A stretch of 64,000 bases of DNA from a virus. Its lineage: Duplodnaviria; Caudoviricetes. Under the pieces are notes generated by a model that searched no databases, was not told the origin of the DNA, and saw only the letters and a list, made by a program, of their open reading frames with translations. Position numbers and translations under genes: made by a program. This document shows, piece by piece, positions 8,214-18,279 of this stretch (positions within the stretch are counted from its first letter, which is position 1; each line of letters opens with the position of its first letter). The stretch covers positions 1-64,000 of IMG/VR virus record IMGVR_UViG_3300038312_000327. One strand, 5' to 3'.

Positions 8214-9073
8214 AAAAAACAAACTACTTCAGCCATGATAGTAACTCCCGTAACGATGAGAAGCTTCTCGCCGTGCGAATGCGACTTGGCGCTGAGGGAT
8301 ATGGTGTGTATTTCATGCTTCTTGAGCGATTAAGGGAGGAGTCGGATTACATGAGTATCAAAGATTATAACATGATAGCCTTTGATCTTCGTGTAGATTC
8401 CAAAACGATCAAATCTGTTGTTGAGGAATTCGGGTTATTTGTCTTTACCGATGACGGTAAGTACTTCTACTCCGAAAGTTTCAACAGTCGAATGAATTTA
8501 AAAGATGAATCGAAGCAAAAGCGCTCAGAAGCTGGAAAAAAAGGAATGAAAAGTAGGTGGAAAAGCGAAAAAGATAACAATGTTATAAATACGGATAACA
8601 ATGATATAACAAAAGACAAAAAAAACATAACAAGTAAAGTAAAGGAAAGTAAAGTAAAGGAAATAATATCTACTGACGTAGATATCCCAGAGTCCGAGAA
8701 GCAAGCTTCACGAACGCAAATTGACTACAAAAAACTGATTGAATTCTTCAATTCTGAAACAAAAGGTGTATTTGGGGAAGTGAGATATCCTCTTTCATCG
8801 AAACGCCAGGACAGTATTCGAGCGCGTATACGTGAGCATGGCAAAGAAGCATTTGTCGAGATGGTTAGGAAAGCCACTATAAGTGAATTTCTTAAAGGTA
8901 ATAACAGTAGAGGATTTCAGGCAACATTTGACTGGCTGATAAAGCCATCGAATTTTCCAAAAGTATTAGAAGGTAATTATGATAACAGAAGCAAAGAAAC
9001 TAAACGAAATAATCCCGATGCGGACAGGCTTGAATGGCTTGCAAGAGAAGCAGAGGAAGCATTCAGGAGCTAG
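8210..9073 (+). CDS. Replication initiator-like protein (DUF4373-type N-terminus)
   Basis: YFSHDSNSRNDEK, GYGVYFMLLE; C-terminal ATFDWLIKPSNFPKVLEGNY. Confidence 0.8.
   Translation: MKKTNYFSHDSNSRNDEKLLAVRMRLGAEGYGVYFMLLERLREESDYMSIKDYNMIAFDLRVDSKTIKSVVEEFGLFVFTDDGKYFYSESFNSRMNLKDESKQKRSEAGKKGMKSRWKSEKDNNVINTDNNDITKDKKNITSKVKESKVKEIISTDVDIPESEKQASRTQIDYKKLIEFFNSETKGVFGEVRYPLSSKRQDSIRARIREHGKEAFVEMVRKATISEFLKGNNSRGFQATFDWLIKPSNFPKVLEGNYDNRSKETKRNNPDADRLEWLAREAEEAFRS
8573..8661 (+). repeat. Iteron-like repeats inside the initiator gene (candidate origin)
   Basis: GATAACAATG(T/A)TATA at 8573 and 8594; ATAACAA at 8606 and 8627; tandem AAGTAAAGTAAAGGA at 8632 and 8647. Confidence 0.55.
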
Positions 9074-9632
9074 TGTCGCACTTGTAAATAAGTATGGTGA
9101 TGCAAGGAAATTCGCTGAAACATTCAATCCTGATCTTCAACGTGTATGCGCAGAGAATTTGGAGAGATCATTTTCTGGCGATGCTCCATCAATTGCATTA
9201 TTAAGAAATACATATACAGATAGACAAGTGAGGGTGTGGGTCCTGGCACAACTGGAGAATCTTAATCAGTATGCAGGCACTAAAAACAAGATGAATTCAG
9301 ATCAGATGACAATGCTCGCAGAAATTATCATAACAGAATACTTTTATCTGAAAGCTTCAGAGCTGTTGCTGTTCTTCTTTCAATTCAAAGCTGGCAAATA
9401 TGGTGAACTCTACGGTTCAGTGGATCCTTTGAGAGTTTCATCAGCATTGGTTGAATTTGCATCATACAGGAGGGATATGTTATTCAGGATTGAAACTAAA
9501 TCAAGAGAAGAGCAAAGGATCCTTAATTCTGAAGCTTATGAGGCAAATGCAATTACAATACAGCAATACCGGAGGAGAAAATTAAAACGAAGTAAGAAAA
9601 TATGGTCAGTGAAAAAAAGCGATCGGAAATGA
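8979..9632 (+). CDS. Replication-associated hypothetical protein (possible helicase-loader partner)
   Basis: Directly follows initiator; FKAGKYGELYGSVDP motif. Confidence 0.55.
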   Translation: MITEAKKLNEIIPMRTGLNGLQEKQRKHSGASVALVNKYGDARKFAETFNPDLQRVCAENLERSFSGDAPSIALLRNTYTDRQVRVWVLAQLENLNQYAGTKNKMNSDQMTMLAEIIITEYFYLKASELLLFFFQFKAGKYGELYGSVDPLRVSSALVEFASYRRDMLFRIETKSREEQRILNSEAYEANAITIQQYRRRKLKRSKKIWSVKKSDRK

Positions 9633-9707
9633 ATCTCAATCGCCTTTATTCTTTCGTTTACACGATTTGTGGGTGACATCACAAATATATGAAAAACAAT
9701 TGAATAA

Positions 9708-10271
9708 ATGGCAAAAGAAGAGATAAATAAATATATTCAAAAGAGGTATGATCGATGGTTGGATTATGCATCATACCATTGCTCGTGTGCCGGCATTGGA
9801 GATGAAGCAATAGATGTCTTGAATGAAGTACTGCTTGATCTGCTACAGAAGCCTGAGGTGAAGCTGATAGGATTACTGCATAAGAAGTCTGGTCAATATA
9901 CGGAACTTGATTATTTCGTTCTCAGGATGATCAAACTAAACGCTACGTCTCCAACATCGCCATATAGACATCGTTACAAGCCAATACCGGTTGATGCCAA
10001 TATCAGTTATTCTCAGCTCGATATAGAGGACCTGGACTATGATGACCATGACGCGCCTGGTGACATCATTGAGAAGACTAGAATTGTCAGGAATATATTT
10101 GATTCACTTATAATATCTGAATACGCGAAGAAGGTATTCATCTGGCGCTTTTTCTGTGGGGAGAGGTTTTCCGACTGGCCAGGTATAGAGAGTGAAAAAG
10201 AGTTGTTTGATACGTACTACAAAGTAATCAACTTGATAAAAGAGAAATTGAATCATAAAACATTGTTCTAA
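9708..10271 (+). CDS. Sigma-70/ECF-like factor (probable late-gene activator)
   Basis: AIDVLNEVLLDLL region-2-like segment; C-terminal region-4-like helix pattern; precedes terminase. Confidence 0.65.
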   Translation: MAKEEINKYIQKRYDRWLDYASYHCSCAGIGDEAIDVLNEVLLDLLQKPEVKLIGLLHKKSGQYTELDYFVLRMIKLNATSPTSPYRHRYKPIPVDANISYSQLDIEDLDYDDHDAPGDIIEKTRIVRNIFDSLIISEYAKKVFIWRFFCGERFSDWPGIESEKELFDTYYKVINLIKEKLNHKTLF

Positions 10272-10282
10272 ATTAGTTATAT

Positions 10283-10885
10283 TTGAAAAAAATATCGCTT
10301 ATGTCTAGTATATTAACAATTCTGGATATAGTTATAACAGGTTTTATAGCATATCATATTTTCTACCTATCTAAAAGGCTATCATTCAAAGATAAGTTGA
10401 ATCATAAAAGAGATATTGAAGAGAAAATTGAACAAATACTTAGTGAAGTATGGGATAAAAAGCACAGAAATAGAGTTTACTTAGTTGATGTTGATATCTA
10501 TGAATCAGCCTATCCAGGATATGCATCTAAAAAAAGGCCGTCGCATCTGAGTGGTGCAATTGTTCGTGCCGGTCTTAATGGAGTATGGATTGATCGCAGA
10601 GAAATAATTTCATATGCCGACGAAAATGGGGAAGAGTTCGATACAGTTAGAGCCGGGCTAATCCCTTATGAGTGGATTGTGGATATTAATATTGATGGAG
10701 ATTCAGCAAATACATCGCCATTGATATATTGCAAGTTTAAGAACCGGAGAAGTAAAAAACAAGAATCCATTAAACGATCCCCATTTAAAAAGTTTATGTA
10801 TTTTTTAATAAATAAAGATTATAAAGAAGAAATTAATTTTCCTTGGGAGTATTACAAATATCTTGTAGATCCATATTATAAATAA
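10283..10885 (+). CDS. Hypothetical membrane-anchored moron protein (start may be ATG 10301)
   Basis: N-terminal hydrophobic segment; AT-rich. Confidence 0.65.
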   Translation: MKKISLMSSILTILDIVITGFIAYHIFYLSKRLSFKDKLNHKRDIEEKIEQILSEVWDKKHRNRVYLVDVDIYESAYPGYASKKRPSHLSGAIVRAGLNGVWIDRREIISYADENGEEFDTVRAGLIPYEWIVDINIDGDSANTSPLIYCKFKNRRSKKQESIKRSPFKKFMYFLINKDYKEEINFPWEYYKYLVDPYYK

Positions 10886-10941
10886 TTTTCTAGCCTTTCA
10901 TCGAACTCCGCCATATTTATATATTTTATATAAAAGAATAA

Positions 10942-11526
10942 TTGGCGAGATGTATGAACACTAAACTCACTGTTAAACAGGAAAACTTCTGCAACTATTA
11001 CATTGAAACCGGCAACGCTTCCGAAGCGTATCGTCGTGCATATTCCTGCGATAACATGAAGTATGAGACGGTGAATAGAACGGCCATAGAATTGCTTAAT
11101 AACCCCAAGATTGCCGCAAGGGTGAAACAGCTTCAATCAGCACTTCAAAAACGCTCCGATATTACCAAGGACGAAGCGATAAAAGAGCTCTCCGCTATTG
11201 TCCGATCCCGGGTTACGGACGTATTGAGCGCTAAGGGCATGACCGTCCGGATAAAAAGCATTGAAGATCTTCCGGACGAAGTTGTAGCTTGTATCTCTTC
11301 TATCAAAAAAATCAAAGGCGGCATCGAGGTAAAATTCTATGACAAGATAGCCGCCATCGATCGATTATGTAAAATGCTAGGATGGGATGAACCGGCAAAA
11401 ATGGATATTCAGGGAACAATCGACACAAGTCAATTCGAGAAAATGAGCAAAGAAGAGTTGGAGTTGTATATTAAAATGCAAACTGAGCGATTGTCTGCAA
11501 AAAAAGGTGACAGCGATAAGCAGTGA
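10942..11526 (+). CDS. terS: Terminase small subunit (start probably ATG 10954)
   Basis: LTVKQENFCNYYIETGNASEAYRRAY; LLNNPKI. Confidence 0.92.
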   Translation: MARCMNTKLTVKQENFCNYYIETGNASEAYRRAYSCDNMKYETVNRTAIELLNNPKIAARVKQLQSALQKRSDITKDEAIKELSAIVRSRVTDVLSAKGMTVRIKSIEDLPDEVVACISSIKKIKGGIEVKFYDKIAAIDRLCKMLGWDEPAKMDIQGTIDTSQFEKMSKEELELYIKMQTERLSAKKGDSDKQ

Positions 11527-12961
11527 ACATAGGGATATGGTTTTGTTGGCGGCTGCACTGCATGAAGCGGACAAAATGGAGGCCCGGGAAAACTTCTGGG
11601 CCTTTTGCTTGTATATGGACCCGAAGTTCTTCACAAATCGCTCCTTTCTTATTCAGGTCGCCAATGCATTTATGCGCGTATACCACGCTTTTTCTAACAA
11701 AACGATATATCGGCTCGCTGTGAGTATGCCACCTCGAGCGGGAAAATCTTACATTTCGTCACTTTTCATCGCTTGGATGTTGGGGCACTTCCCTGAACAT
11801 TCAGTTATGCGCAACTGCTGTTCCGATACTTTGTACAACAAACTCTCATACGACACACGTAACATTGTTAGAGGTGTGAAATACCATGAGATTTTCCCTG
11901 ATGTCAAATTAAGCGGTGATAAACAAAACGTAAAAGGATGGAATCTTCAGTCAAGTAGGCAAGTAGGTTACTTCGGTGCCGGTGTTGGTGGTACCGTCAT
12001 CGGTTTTGGCGCTTCCATGCTTGCCATGACAGACGACTTGTACAAATCACTTGAAGATGCTCTTTCAGATACGAACAATGAAAAGGTTTGGAGCTGGAAG
12101 CAAGGTACTCACGACTCACGTATTGAGGGTAATTGCTGTTCAATAGATATTGGCACCAGATGGAGTGAAACGGACGTTCTGGGACGCTTGGAATCGTCCG
12201 GGAAGTACGACGAGATTATCCGCATCGCTGCACTTGATGAAAATGATCAGTCATTCTGCGAGGATGTGCACACGACAGAATATTATCACGAGATCCGGCA
12301 GGATCTGGATGAATCTATATGGGAAGCTGAGTACATGCAGAACCCCATCGAAGCAAAAGGATTGCTCTTCCCGAAATCGGAACTTAATCGATACAGAAGG
12401 AAAGATATCATCGATCGCAAACCTGAAGGTGTGGTCAGTGCCTGTGACGTGGCCGATGAAGGAGATGACGACTTCTCATCACCATTTGGCAGGATATTTG
12501 GTGATAAGATCTTCATAACTGACGTGGTATTCACAAAGGATCCAGTCGAGATATCAGAACCACGAATCACGCAGATGATCATAGACGAGAAATGTGACAA
12601 AATAAGGGTTGAATCAAACAATGGTGGCCGTATCTTCGGGAAGAATGTACGTACCGGCCTTGCAAAGAAGAAACATAAATGCGAAGTGCAAACCAAGGCA
12701 ACCACATCGAACAAGGCAACTCGTATCCTCATGCGCTCCGGATGGATTAAAAAGCATTGTGTGTTCCTGCATGATGACGATATCATCAAAGGATCCGATT
12801 ATGACCGATTCATGAAATCACTCACCGGCTATAAAAAAGAGGGCGGGAACAAACATGATGATGCTCCAGATTCACTCACAATCCTTGCTGAATATATTGA
12901 GGATATCGGATTGCGTAAAACGATGAATAAGAAAACGGTGGATAAGAGGGTGATTGCTTAA
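11507..12961 (+). CDS. terL: Terminase large subunit
   Basis: SMPPRAGKS Walker A; C-terminal nuclease DVADEGDD and HDDAPD. Confidence 0.95.
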   Translation: MTAISSEHRDMVLLAAALHEADKMEARENFWAFCLYMDPKFFTNRSFLIQVANAFMRVYHAFSNKTIYRLAVSMPPRAGKSYISSLFIAWMLGHFPEHSVMRNCCSDTLYNKLSYDTRNIVRGVKYHEIFPDVKLSGDKQNVKGWNLQSSRQVGYFGAGVGGTVIGFGASMLAMTDDLYKSLEDALSDTNNEKVWSWKQGTHDSRIEGNCCSIDIGTRWSETDVLGRLESSGKYDEIIRIAALDENDQSFCEDVHTTEYYHEIRQDLDESIWEAEYMQNPIEAKGLLFPKSELNRYRRKDIIDRKPEGVVSACDVADEGDDDFSSPFGRIFGDKIFITDVVFTKDPVEISEPRITQMIIDEKCDKIRVESNNGGRIFGKNVRTGLAKKKHKCEVQTKATTSNKATRILMRSGWIKKHCVFLHDDDIIKGSDYDRFMKSLTGYKKEGGNKHDDAPDSLTILAEYIEDIGLRKTMNKKTVDKRVIA

Positions 12962-13749
12962 TTGGTATTTAAATCAATTGCACCTTTTACGACAACCCCA
13001 AGGCGTTTTGAATTATAATAATCACACAGATTATTATACATTTCATTGGTAATTTTAAAATTAGGATTTGCCTCAACTTTGTAACCTTTGGATATTAAAA
13101 TATTAACTAATTCGCTAATAGGTACATTGAACTGTCTAGCAGCTTTTACGATTCTCATCGAAGATGGAGAATTTGGAGAATTTGGAGATCTTGGGGTTAT
13201 TTCTTCTAATATTCGAGTCTGCGTGTTCTTAACTTCGTCTAAGACATCAATAATATATTCATTAATACCTCCAACATTGTCTTCTTTAAACTTAAAATCT
13301 CTTTGAGCCCTGTATATTGGGTTATCAAAAGCGCTTTCATTAAAATCTAATGATTTGATAGCTCCTCTAATTTCCCTTTGTAGTTTAGGGACACCTTTCA
13401 TGTCATTTGTATAAAAAATTGTTCGTTCAGTCGTAATGTCAAATGGGAGCTTTGTCCCAAACTCAGCAATGGTTATGACATGTTTAGCGGTTGAATGTCT
13501 AACAGCTAACTCATACATTACATTTGGGTTTAATTCTGTTAAATTAGCAACAACCAGATCATTATTCATAATACACTCTAATACTTGTTTAGTAATTGAG
13601 CCTGGTGATGGCATTTTATGAGGAATATCGACTTTAAAATCAAATTCTTCAAGAATCGGCTCAATGGATTCAATAACACCTTCTGCTTTTAATCTTGTTT
13701 CAGATAACTCATCACCGATTGGTGTAATAATAAAGCACCTCTTGTCCAT
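12958..13749 (-). CDS. Nucleoside 2-deoxyribosyltransferase-like domain fused to an IF2_N-like domain (moron)
   Basis: CFIITPIG..DLVVANLTELNPNVMYELAVRH; C-terminal MRIVKAARQFNVPISELVNILISKGYKVEANPNFKITNEMY. Confidence 0.7.
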   Translation of the reverse strand: MDKRCFIITPIGDELSETRLKAEGVIESIEPILEEFDFKVDIPHKMPSPGSITKQVLECIMNNDLVVANLTELNPNVMYELAVRHSTAKHVITIAEFGTKLPFDITTERTIFYTNDMKGVPKLQREIRGAIKSLDFNESAFDNPIYRAQRDFKFKEDNVGGINEYIIDVLDEVKNTQTRILEEITPRSPNSPNSPSSMRIVKAARQFNVPISELVNILISKGYKVEANPNFKITNEMYNNLCDYYNSKRLGVVVKGAIDLNTN

Positions 13750-13834
13750 TTCGACTTAGTTTTAAATAGTTATTAATCAATAATGCAAATATAGCTAAAA
13801 ACCTCACCCCCTTTATATTTTACAATAAAAATAT

Positions 13835-16800
13835 ATGGGAGTTATCAACAAAGACGGTGCACTATACTTCGCTACCGGCATCGACAATTCCGGTCTGAAA
13901 AAGGATTCCGAAGAGGCGAAACGATACATTCAGGATATATCTGATTTCGCAAAGAGCACTGGTGCGGTGTTAGGAACAGCATTCAGTGTGGGGGTGTTGA
14001 AAAATTTTAGTGATGAAATTATCAACGTCCGGGGCGAAATGCAGATGCTGGAAACGTCCTTCGAGGTGTTGCTCGGGGGAAAGGGCGTGCCGGCATTCAT
14101 GTCCGAAATAAAGCAGTTCGCGGTTGACAGCCCTCTATCCCTATCCGGTGTATCGCAGGCCGCTCAAACATTGCTCGGTTTTAATGTCGAAGCCGAAAAG
14201 GTGATCCCAACCATTAAACAGTTAGGCGATATCTCGATGGGGAGCGAACAGCGTTTCCAGTCCCTCGCACTCGCTTTTGCTCAAATGTCCTCTACCGGCA
14301 AGCTGATGGGCCAGGATCTTCTGCAGATGATCAACGCCGGATTCAATCCACTTTCCGTCATGTCTGAAAAAACCGGGAAATCTATTGCAGACCTTAAAAA
14401 AGAAATGGAGTCCGGGGCAATATCGTCTGAAATGGTTGCCGATGCCTTTGCATCCGCCACGGCCGAGGGTGGCAAATTCTATGGAATGACGCAAAAACAA
14501 GCCGAAGGTATCAAAGGTTTACAGGCGCAACTGGAGGGTGCATGGCAGGATACATATAACGAGATGGGCCAAAAGGGTGAAAAACTCATCACGGACATGT
14601 ACAAGATGGGCATTTCCGTCGCTGAGAACTATGAAAAGATTGGCCGGGTGATAACATCCCTGATTGCTACATACGGGGCGTATAAAGCCGCTCTTGTGGT
14701 TGTAACGACTGCTGAAAGTGGTTGGACACTGGCTCAAATGACTAAATACAAATGGCTGGTGATGGTTGAGAAAGCGCAAAAGCTTCTGAATGCTACGATG
14801 CTCAAAAATCCATATGTAGCTGTTACCGTTCTTGTTGTAGGTTTGATATCCGCTATTGTTGCATTGCGTGACCGAACAACTATGATGGAAAAAGCCCAGA
14901 AGCAATTAAATGCCGTACTCAATGAAGCAAAAGACCGGAAAGAATCATTGAAAAATAAAGGTGGTGAGTTAATTTCCGTCCTGACAAGTGAAACTGCAAC
15001 AGTTTACCAGCAAATCAAAGCATATAAGGAATTGTTGACCCTGCTTCCACAATTGAAAGGCAAATCACTGGACGAAATCAAAGCCATGAAGCCGGAAGAT
15101 ATCGAAGCGTTGTTTGCCGAAAGGTCGGACCAAGTGGAAATCGAAACCGTCCGCAATAGGTATGAAGAACTGACTAAAAACATAGAGGGATATCGGAAAA
15201 AAATAAAAGAGCTTGTGAAAGATGGAGCCGATGATGCGGAGATATCATATTATCGAAAACAACTTGGTCAGACCCTTGCAGATTCGAAGGTATTAAAGGG
15301 GCAAATCGATGAAATTGCCCGAATCCAGAAAGAAGCATTCTATCAGGAAAACCCTGAGGCAAGGAGAATGGATCTTCAAGTGCAGCGTACCAATCTCCTA
15401 CAAAAGGAAAAAGAACTGACTGAAAAGATCGGTAAGGCTCAAAATGACTTTGAAAGTGCCAATGACCGGCTTCATCTTGGTGCTGTAAAGTCCCAGATCA
15501 AAGGCATCGATGAACAGATAGCCTCTTTGAACAAAACCACCGGAACAGCTGCAGTCAAGAACCATGCTTACTGGGAAAAGATTAAGGATGATGCGGAAAA
15601 AGCAAGAAAAGCGTTGGGATCTGACAAGCAGGGCTCAGATGAATGGGATGAATTGACCAGAAAAATAAATCAGGCAAATGCTGAATTAAAAAAGTATTCC
15701 GACAAGGAAGCAGGCGCAACACAGGCAAACCAGACTGGCGACGCGAACCGTAAGCTGCTTGACATGATAAAACAGAATGCGCTTGAAGAAAAGCGGCTCA
15801 GGGAGGATCTTGACAACGAAATATCCCAGGCCGAAATAGACGCCATGGCCGATGGATTCAACAGAACGATGAAACAGCGAGAGTTGAACCATCAAATTGA
15901 AATTCAAAACCTCAAACGGCAGAAAGAGGATTATATTAACCGTATCATCCAGGCACGGAAAGAGGAGTTTGAAGCAGAAGAAGAGGTCAAATCAAAGAAA
16001 GACAAGAACTATGTAAAGAAATCATTCGACGGGAGTACTGTCAAAGTTGATGCATCCTCATACGATGATATCATATCACAAAAAAACACCCAGTACGTCA
16101 ATGATACGAAGAAATCGTGGAATGACCTGGCATTGGAATTCGGTGATTACTACCAGAAGCGGCTTGCTATCGCAAAAAAATGGGAAAGCGAGATAGCCGA
16201 ATTACCCTCGCAATTTCAAGCAGGTGCAAGGATCAAGATGAATGCCGAGCTGGCCAGTCTTGACGATGAATATAAGAAAGCAACTTCCGCGATCACTGAA
16301 CTTTTCAAGGACACTTCGGAAAAAACCTCGAAAGAACTACGAAAGATAGCGGACGAAGCTGAACGGATGAAGGATTTCGTATTAGGTGGTCAGTGGGATG
16401 CCGGTAGCGGTGCAGACTTCGGTATCACAGAAGCGCAATTCAAATCTCTCAACGAGGAATGGAGTAAATCCCCAGAAAAACTCGAAGCTATCATAAAAGC
16501 CATCAAGGAGCTTAAGCGAGAGGCCTATTTGAAGGAAAATACATTCAAAGCAATCAGTAACAGCATCGAGGCGATATTAGACCCGAAAACGGGCGGTAAA
16601 GACAAAAAGAAAGCCTGGTCGGACCTTGCAAACGGCATTGGAGAGGTAAATGATATGGCGCAAAGCGTCGGGAATAATATCTCTTCCATCTTTTCCGCGT
16701 TTGGCAAGGATGATGGTGCCGATCTGGCCGGGAACATCACGCAGCTTGTAGGGGGCGTTGGAGAGGCGGGTATGGGTATTGCTCAATTGTATAGTGGGGA

Positions 16801-17779
16801 CATTATTGGAGGTATCAAAAGCCTTGCATCAGGAATTACCAATGTCGTAACCTCTATCACACGAATGAACGATGCTGTAAAGGAGAAAAAAATACAACAG
16901 CTGCAAGCCCAAATCGACGGTCTCGAAAAATCATACGATGCTTTAGGTGATGCGATTGATAAAGCGTATTCCAAAGACGCCTCAAAACTCATCGAGCAAC
17001 AGAATGTGCTTCTGAAACAACAGCAATTGCTGATAAAACAGCAGATCAAGGAAGAGGAAGCAAAGAAGAAAACCGATAAGAATAAAATCAAGGAGTGGCA
17101 GGCCACTTATGACGAAATTGATAAACAGATATCCGAAAACAAGGTCAAAGCCGTTGACGCCATATTCGGTGAAGATATACAGTCTGCTATTGATAATTTC
17201 GCTCAGGCGTATGTGAATATGTGGGCAGCCGGGGATGATAAGGCTAAATCACGGAAAGATTTCGTGAAAAGCATGATAAAAGGCATGATTCTCGAAGCGA
17301 TGAAAGCGGACGTATCGAAGCCAATGGAAGCGATCCGTAAAAAGCTTGAAGCATTTTGGTCGGATGACCGTATTACAGATCAAGAAGCCGATATCATTGA
17401 CCAGATGGTCGCAGACTTGCAAAATCAACTCGACAAAAGGTATTCATGGGCAGACAAATACATTAAGGATGACATCTCATCATCCGGCGTTACCGGCGAA
17501 CTAAAAGCAGCTATGACCGAGCAAACCGGATCGCAACTCGTCGGATTATGGAATATGACGGCTATGGACATCAGGCAAATCAAAGAATTCTTCGAAAAAA
17601 ACCCACCTGTGGATGTGGCAAAAGAATTGAACAGCCTTCTCAATGAATTGCAAGCAATACGACAGAACACGAGAGATGCTGCTGACAATACATCGTATCT
17701 CGAAGATGGATTGAAAAAGCTGGAAGAAAAGCTTGATGATATAAAGAAAAATACGAAACCCAATACCAGCAGGATATAA
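13835..17779 (+). CDS. Tape measure protein
   Basis: 1314 aa, helical and coiled-coil; TMP motif GKLMGQDLLQMINAGFNPL. Confidence 0.93.
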   Translation: MGVINKDGALYFATGIDNSGLKKDSEEAKRYIQDISDFAKSTGAVLGTAFSVGVLKNFSDEIINVRGEMQMLETSFEVLLGGKGVPAFMSEIKQFAVDSPLSLSGVSQAAQTLLGFNVEAEKVIPTIKQLGDISMGSEQRFQSLALAFAQMSSTGKLMGQDLLQMINAGFNPLSVMSEKTGKSIADLKKEMESGAISSEMVADAFASATAEGGKFYGMTQKQAEGIKGLQAQLEGAWQDTYNEMGQKGEKLITDMYKMGISVAENYEKIGRVITSLIATYGAYKAALVVVTTAESGWTLAQMTKYKWLVMVEKAQKLLNATMLKNPYVAVTVLVVGLISAIVALRDRTTMMEKAQKQLNAVLNEAKDRKESLKNKGGELISVLTSETATVYQQIKAYKELLTLLPQLKGKSLDEIKAMKPEDIEALFAERSDQVEIETVRNRYEELTKNIEGYRKKIKELVKDGADDAEISYYRKQLGQTLADSKVLKGQIDEIARIQKEAFYQENPEARRMDLQVQRTNLLQKEKELTEKIGKAQNDFESANDRLHLGAVKSQIKGIDEQIASLNKTTGTAAVKNHAYWEKIKDDAEKARKALGSDKQGSDEWDELTRKINQANAELKKYSDKEAGATQANQTGDANRKLLDMIKQNALEEKRLREDLDNEISQAEIDAMADGFNRTMKQRELNHQIEIQNLKRQKEDYINRIIQARKEEFEAEEEVKSKKDKNYVKKSFDGSTVKVDASSYDDIISQKNTQYVNDTKKSWNDLALEFGDYYQKRLAIAKKWESEIAELPSQFQAGARIKMNAELASLDDEYKKATSAITELFKDTSEKTSKELRKIADEAERMKDFVLGGQWDAGSGADFGITEAQFKSLNEEWSKSPEKLEAIIKAIKELKREAYLKENTFKAISNSIEAILDPKTGGKDKKKAWSDLANGIGEVNDMAQSVGNNISSIFSAFGKDDGADLAGNITQLVGGVGEAGMGIAQLYSGDIIGGIKSLASGITNVVTSITRMNDAVKEKKIQQLQAQIDGLEKSYDALGDAIDKAYSKDASKLIEQQNVLLKQQQLLIKQQIKEEEAKKKTDKNKIKEWQATYDEIDKQISENKVKAVDAIFGEDIQSAIDNFAQAYVNMWAAGDDKAKSRKDFVKSMIKGMILEAMKADVSKPMEAIRKKLEAFWSDDRITDQEADIIDQMVADLQNQLDKRYSWADKYIKDDISSSGVTGELKAAMTEQTGSQLVGLWNMTAMDIRQIKEFFEKNPPVDVAKELNSLLNELQAIRQNTRDAADNTSYLEDGLKKLEEKLDDIKKNTKPNTSRI

Positions 17780-18279
17780 TGGAACTTACATACTTACTAA
17801 CAGAAGCAGAAATAATGAAAGGTTGCGGACAAGGGTTAGACCAGTTGCGCAATTGCAAGACTATTGATGATATGATACAGTGTTACTTCGATAATATCGA
17901 TTTCTGTCTTGCAAATAATTTCCCATCAAATGAATTTTTAATGCAACACCGTGACGAATTACGACAAAAGGATGTGTTTATTGACGATGCGATGATTTGC
18001 GCAACAGAGGAAAGAGGAACGTGGGTTTTTCTCGGTAATTGCACTTGCACGATTAGTGTTGATGGGTTCTCGGTTCACAGATTATACGTAAAACACAACT
18101 CGAAGATAAATATAAAAGCGTTTGGGAGAGCGTTTGTGATGGTTGATGCTTTGGATAACTCCGATGTAGTTGTTGATATAAATGATGAGGCAAAAGTTAT
18201 CGTGAATCTCTACTCGAAAGCAACCTGTACCGGAGCAACCAAAATCATTCAAAAAAATAAAGAAACATATGATCTATAA
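17779..18279 (+). CDS. Hypothetical tail-region protein
   Basis: Stop-start overlap with TMP. Confidence 0.65.
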   Translation: MELTYLLTEAEIMKGCGQGLDQLRNCKTIDDMIQCYFDNIDFCLANNFPSNEFLMQHRDELRQKDVFIDDAMICATEERGTWVFLGNCTCTISVDGFSVHRLYVKHNSKINIKAFGRAFVMVDALDNSDVVVDINDEAKVIVNLYSKATCTGATKIIQKNKETYDL

